From Neocallimastix sp. 'constans' (Eukaryota), in NCBI GenBank assembly GCA_050613775.1, contig JBODTK010000128.1:310001-374000 (forward strand): DNA of 64,000 bases. The letters run 5' to 3'. The notes beneath the pieces were generated by a model. That model saw only the letters and a list, made by a program, of their open reading frames with translations. It did no database searches and was not told where the DNA came from. Made by a program: the position numbers and the translations under genes. Below are positions 10,867 through 28,994 of the stretch, piece by piece; position 1 is the first letter of the stretch, and each line of letters opens with the position of its first letter.

Positions 10867-13800
10867 GGGTGGTGCGTTTCGGAATGTGGCTTTAAATATT
10901 TTACATAAATTTTCATTTCAGAATGTGGCTTATATTATTTTTTTTATAAATTTTTATTTATGAATATAATATTTAAAAATTAAAATAAAATGGCACATAT
11001 AATTTATTTGAAAAAATAATTATTAAAAATATTTAAAATGTGATATATTTCAAAAAAAATGATGATTTACATTCGCCATATTCTGAAAATTTTTATTTAT
11101 TTATTAATTTATTCATTTAATTATTTTATAATAATATATAATAATATTTTTTTTATACTATTTTCTAATTATAAAGTTTGTTTATTATATGGAAATATAA
11201 TAATTTACATTAATTTAAAATACTGTAAAAATTATAATAAAATTCATGTTAATATATATGAATATGCTATATCATTTACTTTATTATATAATTTATTTGT
11301 TGCTAAATTCAGTTTTTATATTAATTTCATATCAATATCTTATTTATTTTATTTTATCATATTATATATTATTATTTCACTGCATATTTATTTATTTTAT
11401 ATTATTTTATTTTATTTCGATTGATAATTCACATATTTATTTTATTTATTTTATTTTATTAGTACTTGTATTTTTATTATAATTCAAATATTTATTATAT
11501 TTTATTTTTATTAATACTTGTATTTTTATTATAATTCAAATAATTTTTTTATTTTATTTTATTTTATTTTTATTAATACTTGTATTTTTATTATAATTCA
11601 AATAATTTTTTTATTTTATTTTATTTTATTTTATTTTATTTTATTTTATTTTATTTTATTTTATTTTATTTTATTTTATTTTATTTTATTTTATTTTATT
11701 TTATTTTATTTTATTTTATTTTATTTTATTTTATTTTATTTTATTTTATTTTATTTTATTTTTATTAATACTTGTATTTTTATTATAATTCAAATAATTT
11801 TTTTTATTTTATTTTATTTTATTTTATTTTTATTAATACTTGTATTTTTATTATAATTCAAATAATTTTTTTTATTTTATTTTATTTTATTTTATTTTTA
11901 TTAATACTTGTATTTTTATTATAATTCAAATAATTTTTTTATTTTATTTTATTTTATTTTATTCAATATGTACTTCATATTTATATTTCAACTATTTATT
12001 TTATTTTATTTTATTCAATCTGTACTTCATATTTATATTTCAACTATTTATTTTATTTTATTTTATTCAATCTGTACTTCATATTTATATTTCAACTATT
12101 TATTTTATTTTATTCATTCTGTACTTCATATTTATATTTCAACTATTAATTTTATTTTATTCATTCTGTACTTCATATTTATATTTCAACTATTAATTTT
12201 ATTTTATTCATTCTGTACTTCATATTTATATTTCAACTATTTATTTTATTTTATTCATTCTGTACTTCATATTTATTTTTCAACTATTTATTTTATTTTT
12301 ATTTTATTTTATTTTATTTTATTTTATTTTATTTTATTTTATTTTATTTTATTTTATTTTATTTTATTTTATTTTATTTTATTTTATTTTATTTTATTTT
12401 ATTTTATTTTATTTTATTTTATTTTATTTTATTTTATTTTATTTTATTTTATTTTATTTTATTTTATTTTATTTTATTTTATTTTATTTTATTTTATTTT
12501 ATTTTATTTTATTCAATCTGTACTTCATATTTTTATTTCAACTATTTATTTTATTTTATTTTATTTTATTTTATTTTATTTTATTTTTATTAATACTTGT
12601 ATTTTTATTATAATTCAAATAATTTTTTTATTTTATTTTATTTTATTTTATTTTATTTTATTTTATTTTATTTTATTTTATTTTATTTTATTTTATTTTA
12701 TTTTATTTTATTTTATTTTATTTTATTTTATTTTATTTTATTTTATTTTATTTTATTTTATTTTATTTTATTTTATTTTATTTTATTTTATTTTATTTTA
12801 TTTTATTTTATTTTATTTTATTTTTATTAATACTTGTATTTTTATTATAATTCAAATAATTTTTTTATTTTATTTTATTTTATTTTATTTTATTTTATTT
12901 TATTTTATTTTATTTTATTTTATTTTATTTTTATTAATACTTGTATTTTTATTATAATTCAAATAATTTTTTTATTTTATTTTATTTTATTTTATTTTAT
13001 TTTATTTTATTTTATTTTATTTTATTTTATTTTATTTTATTTTATTTTATTTTATTTTATTTTATTTTATTTTATTTTATTTTATTTTATTTTATTTTAT
13101 TTTATTTTATTTTATTTTATTTTTATTAATACTTGTATTTTTATTATAATTCAAATAATTTTTTTATTTTATTTTATTTTATTTTATTTTATTTTATTTT
13201 ATTTTATTTTATTTTATTTTATTTTATTTTTATTAATACTTGTATTTTTATTATAATTCAAATAATTTTTTTATTTTATTTTATTTTATTTTTATTAATA
13301 CTTGTATTTTTATTATAATTCAAATAATTTTTTTATTTTATTTTATTTTATTTTATTTTATTTTATTTCGGAACGTGGCTTATATTATTTTTTATAAAAT
13401 TTTTTATATATTAATATAATATTTAAAACATTAAAATAAAATGGCACATAGAATTTCTTTGAAAAAATAATTAATAAAAATATTTAAAATGTGATGTATT
13501 TCAAAAAAAATTAAAGATTTATAAATATATTTAATTCGACATATTCTGAAAATTTTTATTTATTTAATAATTTATTCATTTATTTAATAATAATATTTAG
13601 TAATAATTTTTTTTAATAATATTATTATTAAAATTTATAATAAATGTTAAAATTTTTTTATGGTCAATTATATATTCTTTTTATTTTATATTGATCTTTA
13701 TGAATGTGTATCATTTCTCAATTCTGTATTTTGTAATGTGGCTTTAAAATATTTTAATTAATTGCCACATTATATCATTTTTTTAACCAATAAATCAATA

Positions 13801-13976
13801 ATTAAATTATTAAATAAATAAAAAAAATCATTTATAAAGTCTTTTAAATATTTTATTATTATAAAATATTTTATTATAAAATATTTAAATAAAAATAAAT
13901 AGTAAATAATAAATAGTAAATAATAAATAGTAAATAATAAATAATAAATAATAAATAATAAATAATAAATAATTAA

Positions 13977-14019
<43 letters not shown>

Positions 14020-15984
14020 ATTTTATTTTTCTTATTAAAAAAAAATGAATAATTAACACTAATTTTTTATTCAGAATAAATATAAATATTTCATATTAAG
14101 CAATAAAAAATATTTTCATATATATTTTCATATTACTGATATATTAAAAAATTATATATTATTTATTCTGAATAATAAATATTATATATATAGAATGTCA
14201 ATATTTTATATAGTTATTTTTATTATTAAAACCAATATCAATATTATATAGTTATTTTTATTATTACTTTCAATATCAATATTTTATTGTTTTTTTATTA
14301 TTAATATCAATATTAATTTATTAAAATTTTAATAATAAAATTACAATAAAATAATAAAACATTTGTAACATATTTTTTTTTTATTTAATATTATTTATTT
14401 ATTTATTTATTAATTTTATTTATTTATTTGTTTATTTTTTAAAAATATTTAAGCCACATTTAGTGAAATACACACTTCCCGATCTTTATATGTGGGATAC
14501 CGCATTTCTGAACCGCACGTGAATAGATATAAGCCACATATTATAAGATGACGTATTATATATAAATTTTTTATATAAATAAATAATTAAATAATAATTA
14601 AATAAATATTTTATAATAATTTCATAATTTAATATATATATATATTTGATAATAAAAAATAAAAAAATATAAAAATAAAAAAATAAAAAATAAAAAAATA
14701 TAAAAATAAAAAAAATTAAAAAATAAAAAAGATTAGAAAAAATTTATGTTTAAAAATGTTATTGTTAATATTAGTATTTAAAAAAAAAATTTTTAATTTA
14801 ATATTTATAATTAAATTTTCAAATAATCTATTAAGTTAAACATAATGTTCCTGAGTAAAAAAGATTTTTGTAAAATATAAATTTTAATTAAAATATTAAA
14901 AAGGAAATAATAATTTTAAAATGAATATTTAAAAATAAAATAAAAAAAAAATATAGAATATAATAATATAGAAGTACAAATATATAAAATAAAATAATAT
15001 AAATAGTAGAAATATAAATATAAAGTACAGATTGAATAAAATAAAATAAAATAAAACAAAATAAATAGTTGAAATATAAATACAAAGTACAGATTGAATA
15101 AAATAAAATAAAATAAAATAAATAGTAGAATATGTATATAAAGTACAGATTGAATAAAATAAAATAAAATAAATAGTAGAATATGTATATAAAGTACAGA
15201 TTGAATAAAATAAAATAAAATAAAATAAAATAAAATAAAATAAAATAAATATGAAATATAATAAAATAAAAAAAATTATTTGAATTATAATAAAAATACA
15301 AGTATTAATAAAAATAAAATAAAATAAAATTAATATTTGAATGATAATAAAAATACAAGTACTAATAAAATAAAATAAATAAAATAAATATGTGAATTAT
15401 AATAAATTGCAAGTATCAATCGAAACAAAATAAAAAATAAAATAAAATAAATAAATATGCAATGAAATAATATATAATATTATAAAATGAAATAAATAAG
15501 ATATTGATATGAAATTAATATAAAAACTGAATTTAGCAACAAATAAATTATATAATAAAGTAAATGATATAGCATATATATATGTTAACATGAATTTTAT
15601 TATAATTTTTACAGTATTTTAAATTAATGTCTATTATTATATTTCCATTTAATAAACAAACTTTATTGTTAAAAAATAGTATAAAAAAAAAAAATATTAT
15701 TATATATTATTATTAAATAAATAAATGAATAAATTAATAAATAAATAAAAATTTTCAGAATATGGCGAATTAAATATATTTGTAAATCATCAATTTTTTT
15801 GAAATATACACCACATTTTAAATATTTTTAATAATTATTTTTTCAAAAAAACTATATGTGCCATTTTATTTTAATGTTTTAATTATTATATTCATATATA
15901 AAAATTTATAAGAAATAATATAAGCCACATTCCGAAATGAAATTTTATGTAAAATTATAAGGCCACATTTGGAAACGCAAAATC
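10867..15984. mobile_element. ~5.1 kb foldback-type element with >1 kb inverted arms and expanded (ATTTT)n arrays
   Basis: 10867-~12100 is the reverse complement of ~14990-15984 (TGCGTTTCGGAATGTGGC versus GCCACATTTGGAAACGCA; the same pseudo-peptide YAISFTLLYNLFVAKF appears on opposite strands). A third partial arm copy lies at ~13365-13600. No coding capacity seen. Confidence 0.8.
13702..14480. mobile_element. Nested Mutator-like MITE with perfect 9-bp TSD
   Basis: GATCTTTAT at 13693-13701 and 14481-14489. Imperfect TIRs GAATGTGTATCATTTC...AATGTGGCTT and AAGCCACATT...GAAATACACACTTCCC. Confidence 0.8.
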
Positions 15985-16519
15985 AAATCAAAAATCAATT
16001 CCAATTACTCAATCCAAATTTTCAATCAATAATCAAAAATTTCAATCAATATTTCAATTATTATTCCAAATCAAAATCAAACCCTCTTTTAAATTGTAAA
16101 GTCATACATTTTTAATATACTCTTTACAATCATAAATAAATATATAAATAATTAAATAATTAAATAATTAAATATATAATTAAATAAAAAAAAAAAAAAA
16201 AAGTAATAAACATATTTCAATATGTAATTAAAAAAAAAAAAAAAAAAAAGAACGAATTCGTTGAAATATGGTTGAAGTGTTTAAGAGATTTAAATATTAA
16301 AATTATTAATTAAAAAATAAATAACTAATAGTAATAATATTCTATTAAAAAAGAATTATAAAAAATTTATATTTTAATATTTTTTGTTAAAATAATAATA
16401 AAAATTTAATAATATTTAATAAAATAAAATGTGGTGTGTTAAATTAGAATCGAATTATTATTTATAACCATGTTACGAAATTTAATAATCTCATATGTCC
16501 CCCCCCTATATATATATAA

Positions 16520-16919
16520 TTATTAGAATAGATACTGAACTAATTGAGAGGGTTGTGCAAGTACTATATATTTAAGAGGGAATTACTAGTATTTGGGTAC
16601 ATAATTTCATGTGTCCATATAGATATATTCTACTAAATTGCAATCTTTCTAGCATTTAGTTACGAAAATTTATGGGTTAGGTTATAAAAGTCACACTTCA
16701 AAAGGAAAATTACGAACTGGAGAAGCAGTTGGAAGTGTAGCATTAGAAAAATTCTCAGCAATAATATGCATGTCAGAGCAGAGCGCCAATACTGAAATAT
16801 TAAGTAAGGTCTTCCAGTAGGGACAATTCTGCCTTTATAAAAAGGAAGTATGTAACAACCTCAACATTCCTACTGCTCCTGAAGAAAGGGGCTAAACCTA
16901 AAGGCCGTAAACACCAGAA
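16520..16919 (+). mobile_element. Decayed non-LTR retroelement 3' fragment
   Basis: GC-richer island between two (TA)n tracts. It contains AGAGCGCCAATACTGAAAT, a CpG-decayed version of the core found at 28.8, 47.4 and 48.3 kb. Confidence 0.45.
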
Positions 16920-17189
16920 ATATATATATATAAAAATCTATAATATATTATTTAAATAATATCTAAAATTAAATGTTTTATAAACTTAAAGGTTTCATGA
17001 TTCATATTAATATTATTATTTTTTTTTATTTACAAATTTATAGAAAAAAAGATCGTTCTATTAATAATTAATTTTCTTTTTTTATCTACATATAAATTGT
17101 AATAGAAAAATAATATATTCATATTGTAATATTTTAAATCAAATTTTTAATTCAGATGTTAATAAAAATTGTATTAAAAAATATTTTAA

Positions 17190-17229
<40 letters not shown>

Positions 17230-19047
17230 GAATTATTTTTAAATAATTTACTATATAAAAAAATATCATCAATATTTAGAAGATTGTATTATAATAAATA
17301 TCTCATATATATATTTTCATATATATAGTAATTAATTCCATAATTAATTTATTTTTATTTAATTCATTGTTATATTGACTTATTGTTTTCAAAATATTAG
17401 TAAATTCTAAATTTGAAATGGAATTTCTTATATTTTTAGTTATTTATTTTAATTAATTAATTAATTATTAATATTAATATTAATATTATTATTATTATTT
17501 TTTTAATTGTTATTTTATTATTATTTCATAATTTATTATTATTATATTTATAATTATTAATTATTAAGTTTTTAATAATCACTATATTTATATAATTTTT
17601 GAACACTCGATTTAAAATATGATTTTTTTAAAAAAAAAAAAACGTATCATACTTTGCAATAATAAAATCGATATGATAATGTAAAATTATTAAATTTAAA
17701 TTTGTAAAAAATTACAATAATAAAAAAAAATAAAAGCTAACTAATAATTAGGTATTTTGATTAAATATTAAATTAAAATAATAATATTTATTATGTTAAT
17801 ATTACTATTTAGTATATTTAATAATGAAAATATGAAAATCTTTCAATACGAATTGTAAAATTTTTTGGAAATAATAAATTTCTAAAAAATGATATAGTTT
17901 AAAATAATTCACAATAATATAATTTTTTCCTATTTTTATTATTATTATACCTAATTCATATTATTATTAGTAGTAATAGTAGTATTAGAAGCAATAGTAG
18001 TAGTGTTGTATTAGCAGTAAAAGTAGTAGTCTTATTATTATTAATAGTAGTAGTTTTATCATCATTATTAGTAGTAGTAATTGTAGTAGTAGTATTATCA
18101 ATTATTATTATTATTATTATCTTATTATTATTATTATTACTTTATTATTATTATCTTATTATTATTAGTAGGTATTATTATATATTATTTATTATTATTT
18201 ATTATACTATTATTGATAAAAATATATATATCATATATTATCTAATTCATAAAAACCATATATAAAATTTTTAATAATTTATATAAATTTATAATTATTA
18301 ATTATTGGTGAATAAATATTAATATAATAAAAAATAATTAAAAATAATATTAATTATAATTTAGCTTTTAATATTTAGATTTTTAAATAGAATTTGATTT
18401 ATCAACTATGTTTTTTTATTCAGATGACATAAACAAAACATATATCTAAATAAAAAAGTAAAAATATATAGATGAACAAATATTAATTTAAATATTAAAT
18501 TAATATATTTAATTCATTCTTATTATAAAAAAGAAAAAATAGTAATAACATAGAATATTAAATAAAAAAAAAATAGTTTATTGGAAAGTGGAAATTAAAG
18601 TGGAAATTAATGACCTAAAATATATTAATAGAATAAATTAATTATATATATTTAATGATTATTATTCAAAAAATATAATTTAATATATTTCTATTATAAA
18701 TTTTGAAAAAAGATGAATATTGGGTATTTTCAATTTCGAATGTCTCAATTTTTAATATTAAATATTTTACCTATAAACAATATATATACGTTATTATGCA
18801 TTGTTATCTTCAATATTTATAATTATTTTTTTTATAAAATAATAATATTAATAATTATAATTATAATAATAATAATAATTATAATAATTATAATAATAAT
18901 ATATTTTCAATTTTAAATGATTCAATATTTTATTTATTATTCATTATCATCTTCAATATATATAATTATTTTTTTATGAGAAAAAATATTATTAATATTA
19001 ATAACATATTTTCAATTTTAAATGATTCAATATTTTATTTTATCTTA

Positions 19048-19084
<37 letters not shown>

Positions 19085-22000
19085 GTTTTTAATAAATATA
19101 TTTCATAATTGATTATTATTCATATTTTAATACATTCTTATTATCTAATTTATATCATAATTATTATTTTTATAAATTTTTATAGACTATTATTTTAAAG
19201 AATCTTATATTGTTTTATTTATAAAATATTTATTTAATACTAATTTTTAAATAAATAACTATATATATATATAAAAAGGTCTTTATTATATAACAAATTT
19301 AAAATGAAAATTGAGTTGTTGTTATGGTACAAAAATTATTTGAATGGCAAATAGGAAAATAATATCGGGAATTTATAAAATTACAAGCAAAATTAATACT
19401 TATTATTATAAATTGTTAATATTTTTATTATTAATATTTTTTTTTTTTATTTTATATATATATGAATACATTTTGATAGACAAATAATTTAATATATTTA
19501 TATTCATCTCTTTATTGAAATATATTATAAAAACGTACTCTAATAAAATAGTTAATATTAGGCAAAAGAAAAATATATAATATAAACTTTTAATATATGG
19601 TGATTCCTTTTTATCTACATAAATTTTTATGTAAAAGTAATATATTTTAATTATAAATATTATACATAAAAAATTTTTTTATTTCAGATAATGTAAATGA
19701 AAATTATATTAAAAAATTTTTTTTAAGGAATATGATTTTCTTTATTAATTTTATATCATTAATTTATTTATATATATAATATATATATATGTTTTTTTTT
19801 TCTATTTGATTTTATAATAATATATTATAAAAATACCATAAATTAATGTAGATTATTGTGTAATAGCAAATGTCTCATATTATTACATTTATTACCATTA
19901 TCCTGGAAACAATGTACCTTAAAAAATATATATATTATAAGTAAAACATTCTATTAGAAATAGATAAAAGATAACTGATTTATTAATTTATTTTTTTAAT
20001 TGATTTATTGATACATTTTTTATTTAATTTATTGTTTTATTGTTTTATTGTTTTATTGTTTTATTATTTTTTTCAAAATGCGAACGTTTGTCTTAAATTT
20101 GAAATGACTTTGTTTTCTTTATTATTTATTTATTATTTATTTATTATTTATTTATTTATTATTTATTTATTATTTATTTATTATTTATTTATTATTTATT
20201 TATTTATTATTTATTATTTATTTATCTATTATTTATTATTTATTTATTTATTATTTATTAAATATTCTTATTTATTTTTTTCGTATTTATTTATTTATTA
20301 TTTATTATTTATTTATTAATTATTAATTATTATTTATTATTTAAAACACTATCTTTTTAAAAATTATCATATTTTACCATGATATTATATTATTAATTAA
20401 ATAAAAGTGGCACTAACGGTATAGATCATTAAGATATGGGGTTTATGGTACATAGATAATAATAAAAAAAAAAAAAAAAAGGAGGTAAAAAAATTTTATA
20501 TATATTAAACTTTATAGTATATTCTTCTTTTATATTTTAGTCATGAAGCACATTTTCCACTAATAAAAATGAATAAAATTTTTAAATAGATATAATAGTA
20601 TTTGATTTTTTATATTAATTAAAATTTACTATTTGTGGAAATATCACCATAATTGAAATTAAATTAAGAAATTTAAAGTTAGTAGAGTGTGGATTTTCAA
20701 AATTATATATTAATATTAATCATTATTTATACCGAATTGTTATTAATTTATACAATAAAAAAAAAAAAAAATTGAAATTTATTATAATGGCAGTAGCATA
20801 TGTTATGATGGATATCCTGAAACCTAAATAAATTGCTATTCTATCATCAAATTAGTACTTATTCAGTCAAAGAAGTAATTAATAAATTAATGAAATGCTT
20901 TCAAAATGAATTCTTTATAACTAAAATCTATATACATTATAATTTAAATAGATTAAATATGTGAGAATTTCATAAAAAAAAAAAAAAAAAAAAAAGAATT
21001 ATCCATGAAAATGAAATTTATGATTTATAAATGTACAAAAATGTTAAATAATTAATTTACTTTAATTAGATTAGAACATTAATTATATTAATTGAAATAA
21101 TAATTTTATTTTATTTTATTTTATTATATATATCCATTTATCAAAATAAATATAAAATACAAAATAAAATATAATAAAACATAATAAAATATTTTATAAT
21201 TTTTATGTATTTTTAGCATTTAATTTTTTTTTCCTTTTTCCTTTTTTTTTTTTTTTACCTTATTTTTTTTCTATAATTTTATTATTCTGATTAATATTTG
21301 GTTGACAGAATATGTTGTAAAAAAAAAAAAAAAAAAAAAAGTTTAATTTCTTAAAGTTATGAATAAATATTAATAATTAATAATTAATATAATTTAATAT
21401 TAAATTTTAGAAAATTCATTTAATTATTTTAATCGTAAATTCTTTATATTCTATATAAATTCAAATTATTTAAATTAAGTTTTGTAAATATAGATTTATA
21501 TTTTTAAAACTCTAAAACTATTCATTAATTATTTAAAATACTTTTTAAATATATTCGTTCAGGCATAAATTATTAAACTATTTTTTTCTTTATTAATTAA
21601 CAATTAATATAGATGTTTCTATAATTATTAACAATAACTATATTTAATTTTATATTATAATATATCATTATTAATAAACCTTATTAATTATCATTAAAAT
21701 TATATCAAAATATAACCTTTTTTTTTTTTTTTTTTTATCTTGGTTTCTTATATAATATCTTATTCAATTTTTATAGCCACTTTTTTTTAATATAATGTTT
21801 GAATTTAATAATAAAATTTAATATATATTATATTTTTAATTTTTTTTTTTCACATATATTATTATTTTTCTTTTGTTAATTATATATATTAATAATATTA
21901 GTAATATTATTAATTATAGCTATATTTAATAATATTATAATTTTTTCCTAATTGTATTTATTATTAATAATTTTAACCTATACTTTTTATATTCATCAGT

Positions 22001-22185
22001 ATTATACTTTTTTTTTTTTATTTTAATTATTATTTTTATTATTGATATTAGTATTATTAATATTATTAAAATTTCAATAGATATAAAAAAATTCCTTTTT
22101 TTTTTCTTATTGTTCTAATAATATCATAATAATGAACAAATTATGTAATAAAAAATATAAAAAGTACCTTTTTTTTTTATTTAAA

Positions 22186-22410
22186 AAATAAAATAAAATA
22201 AAATAAAATAAAATAAAATAAAATAAAATAAAATAAAATAAAATAAAATAAAATAAAATAAAATAAAATAAAATAAAATAAAATAAAATAAAATAAAATA
22301 AAATAAAATAAAATAAAATAAAATAAAATAAAATAAAATAAAATAAAATAAAAGAAAATAAAATAAAATAAAATAAAAGAAAATAAAATAAAATAAAATA
22401 AAAGAAAATA
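22186..22410. repeat. (AAAAT)n microsatellite
   Basis: Directly visible. Confidence 0.95.
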
Positions 22411-24301
22411 CATTTAAAAGAAAATTATTACATAAAAATTATAATCTTAAATTTTATCTTATAAATAAACTTACATTTGTTTATATTAAAAATATAAAAC
22501 TTTCAATGATTATTGGTAATCCTTATTAATTTCATTTAATATCAAATTTAATGGTTACACCCACAATCGATTATAATATTAAGATGATAATAAGGAATTT
22601 TTAAGGAAATTAAAAGTCTCTATTTAATTATTAAATTAGATTACCTTATATATAAACTTTCATAATTAATATTTTGTGTATATTGTAATTTAATATATAA
22701 AAAATGAAATGAAATGAAATAAAATGAAATAAAATGAAATGAAATAAAATGAAATAAAATGAAATGAAGTGAAAATAAAATAAATTTATTTATTTAGAAT
22801 TTTGTTAATTATAAGCTTTAATTTAATCTAATTAACGCAAATAGAATGATTAATCATATTCTTTTATAAATATTTTAAATTATGATAATTAAAATTTAAA
22901 AGAGTCAATAGTTTTTATTCTTTTAAACTAAATATAACATTTATACATAATAAAAAAATTTTTTTATTTTTATTATTTTCAGATTATTTTAAAATAAAAT
23001 TTAGGTTTAATTATAGAATTATAATATATAATGATAATATAGAGTTATATTAATAAACTGTAATACATTATTAATGAATAAAAAACAAAGTTTATATATT
23101 GAATAAATTTTAAGTAATATTAGTTTTATTATTGAAAATTAAATTATAATTAATATATTTAATGCAATAATTTAGAATTAATCATATCATATTATTTAAA
23201 ATTAATATCGTTTTATATTAGTTTTTTTTTTTTTTTTTTTTTTTATTATTTTTGTTTTAACCTATCTTAACAAAAATATTTTAAACTTTTTATTCTAATC
23301 ATATTTTATAATTTATATATATATATATAAATCTTTTTTTAAACCTTTTTTATATATATGAATAATATAATTTATAATATATAATTTTAAATTGTATTAT
23401 ATTATACAATATATTATATTTTAAAGTGTTTAATATATTAAAATTTTTATTAATTATACTTTTATGTTTTAATTTATACATATTTTTTTTTTTTTTTTTT
23501 TTTATTTTTCATTTTTTTTTTATTTTTTTTTTTTAAAGATTTTTTTTTTTGATTTAAAATATTTTTTTTTTTTTTACCTGTTTTAGAGAAAAAAAAGTTA
23601 TTTTTTTTTTTTTTAAAGAACAAAGAAAAAGTTGTTATTTTAAAAAGAACTAATAAAAATATTATTATATTGATAAAAAATAATTTTTTTTTTATAAAAG
23701 AAAAAGACAAAATAAAAAAAATAAAAAAAAAAAAAAAAAGAATAATGAAATAAATAATTAAAAATAATTTTATATAAATTATTAGCTGCTGAAAACTTTT
23801 TGAAAAATAATATAAAGAATAACAAATAAATTAAAATAAAGCATTATTAAAAGTATTATCATTTAGTATTCATAGTTCTTATTATTTGATATTACAAAAT
23901 TTCCATTTTATTTTTATATTTATTATTCAATAAATGTTATAAAAAATATAAATATTTAGTGAAAAAAAAAAAGTATATAAAATAGAAATGAAAATTTTTA
24001 TAAAAATATTAAAATTCTTTAAATAAACATTAATAAATTAAACTGTAATATTAATAATAAAAATAAGAAAATAATAATAATAATATTAATGTTATTAACT
24101 CCTTTTTCAATATTTAAAAACTAAAAAGTTCTTTTGATTTTCATAAGAAATCAGTTTAAACTTGAAATAAATTATTCATTTAGAATATAATTTATAATTA
24201 AACATATAAAATTTATAAAAAAATAATAAAAAAAAAAAAAATAAAATTAAAAATCATATATTAATATAATATATAGTTATAGATATATATTATAAATATA
24301 A

Positions 24302-26812
<2,511 letters not shown>

Positions 26813-27131
26813 AAATAATAATAATAATAATCATTCCTATGAATTGGAATTTATTGAGGTTGTAGTTTTTAAAATATAATTTTAAAGGAAAAAAAAAATA
26901 CGCATACAAGCATTATTAGTATAATAAATAAAAAAATAAAAATAGAAAAAAAAAAAAAAAAAACATAAAATAATCTTAAAATACAATTATCAGATGGAGG
27001 AACACAAACACATAATAAAAAAAGTTTACAGTTTTAACCTTTTTTTTTTTTAACTATCTATCTATTCATATATTATCTCTATTATTAAATACATTTTAAT
27101 ATATATAATTTTAAATTTTTTTTTTTTAATG

Positions 27132-27170
<39 letters not shown>

Positions 27171-27746
27171 ATTATTTACTAAGGAATTAATACTATTAAT
27201 TATTATTTTTTTTTTTAAATATATATAATTAAATAATTCATTATTATTCTTTTTTTCTATTATTTATTAAAAAAGTAATAATTTTTTTTTTTACTATCTA
27301 TTTATAATTTACTTAATTTATTAAATAATTTATTTATCCATTTATAATTAAAAATTTTAAAAATTTAAAAATTTTAAAAAAAAAAAAAAAAATAAAATAA
27401 AAATGTATATTTAAAATATATATCGTAAAATATATAAATTTAAATAAATTAATTTAATATATTTATAGACTATTAAAGAAAACAAAAATTGCTTAATTTC
27501 TTGTTTTTTTTTAATATTTTTTTTTTTTTTTTTTTTTTTATATTTTATTTATTTTTTGAATTTTTTAAATATAAAATTATATTTAAAAAAAAAAAAAAAA
27601 AAAAAAAACTTTAATTATCAAAGAAAAATTAGCTATTAAAAAAAATAATGATATTAATAATAATAATAAAATAAATTGGAATAATAAAAAAATATTTAAA
27701 CCATATAGAATTATTTGTTCAAATTGAAATTAAAAAATTAGAATTT

Positions 27747-27806
<60 letters not shown>

Positions 27807-28676
27807 TTTTTTTTGTTTTATCTAATTTTATAGTACAATAATAGTGATATTATAAAATAGAAATTGATTTAAAAAAAACAAGAACAAAAAAAAAAAAATA
27901 AAAATAAAAAAAAAAAAGGGATAAAAATCTTTATATATATATATATATATATATTATAATAATTAACAGTTAATATCCGCTACAATCAGTATAAAAATGA
28001 ATAGCAAATTCTATTTGGGTAAAAAAAAAAAAAAAAAAAAAAGGTTAAAATAAAGGTTTTCATTTATATTTTTTTTTTTTTGATCTTTATTATTTCATTT
28101 AAACTAAATAATTTAAATAAAATTTTTTAATATTTTTTCTATATTTTCATTTTTACTTTCAAAAAAATTAAAATTTATTTATATTAATATGTTTTAGTAT
28201 TAGCATTAGTATCTTGTTTTATTATTAGTAGTTTTCGTATTACTATTATTATTAGTATTAAGTATTAGTTTTATAGATTATTAGTACTATCTAATAATAG
28301 TTTATCATTATTGTGGAATTTAGTACTCTTTAAATAAAAAAGAATTATCTATGAAATGATATATTGAATAATTAATTCAAACAGATATTATTTATAAAAA
28401 ATAAAAAAAAAAAAAAAAAAAAAAAAAAGATTTAATAATACATTCTATAGATTATTCTATTATAAAAAAAAATGGCTTATCAAAACTTGATTAAATATTA
28501 TCTTTTCGAATTTTCTTTTTTTAAATTAAAATTAAAATAATTAATTTAAATGTCACCGTTACTATAAATTGTTACACAAAAAACAATTTCTAAATATAAA
28601 AATTAAAGTTTTTTTTTTTTTTTTTATCATGATGGATATGAAGTATTATAATATTTGATTTGTTACGAATTTTAAT

Positions 28677-28994
28677 TTTTTTTTTTTTTTTTAGACTATC
28701 CCTTGTAAGTCTTGATCATATCATCCCAGCCACAACAGACAACTAATATCAGACAAACTTTATAGCGGGTGTATCAGGATACAACAAAGTGCTCCCATGC
28801 CATACCATTTCGGCGTCGACGCTCTCAGTCACGGATTACAGAACCACAAGATTTGGAGATGATGGATACGGCAAGCCACAACCACATACACTATAACATT
28901 ATTATTTATTTACTACATTACCTTTCTCCAAATTAGGAAATCTATCCTAACACGTGATGAACACGCAGATACATTAACTAATGAGGATTTACAA
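28677..28994 (-). mobile_element. 5'-truncated non-LTR retroelement (LINE or SINE 3' end) with poly(A) tail and 13-bp TSD
   Basis: TACGAATTTTAAT at 28664-28676 and 28995-29007. The plus-strand T-run at 28677-28692 is the poly(A) tail. The GC-richer body carries the shared core GAGAGCGTCGACGCCGAAATGGTATGGCA. Confidence 0.8.

Noticed and set aside
11460..13370. CRISPR-like look: a constant ~35-bp unit recurring many times
   Set aside because: The intervening sequences are variable-length ATTTT tracts, not unique spacers. There are no cas genes and the context is eukaryotic, so this is a punctuated satellite in a foldback arm.
20400..20950. Slightly GC-richer patches upstream of the forkhead gene
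   Set aside because: No open frame, motif or boundary could be established; possibly an old relic.
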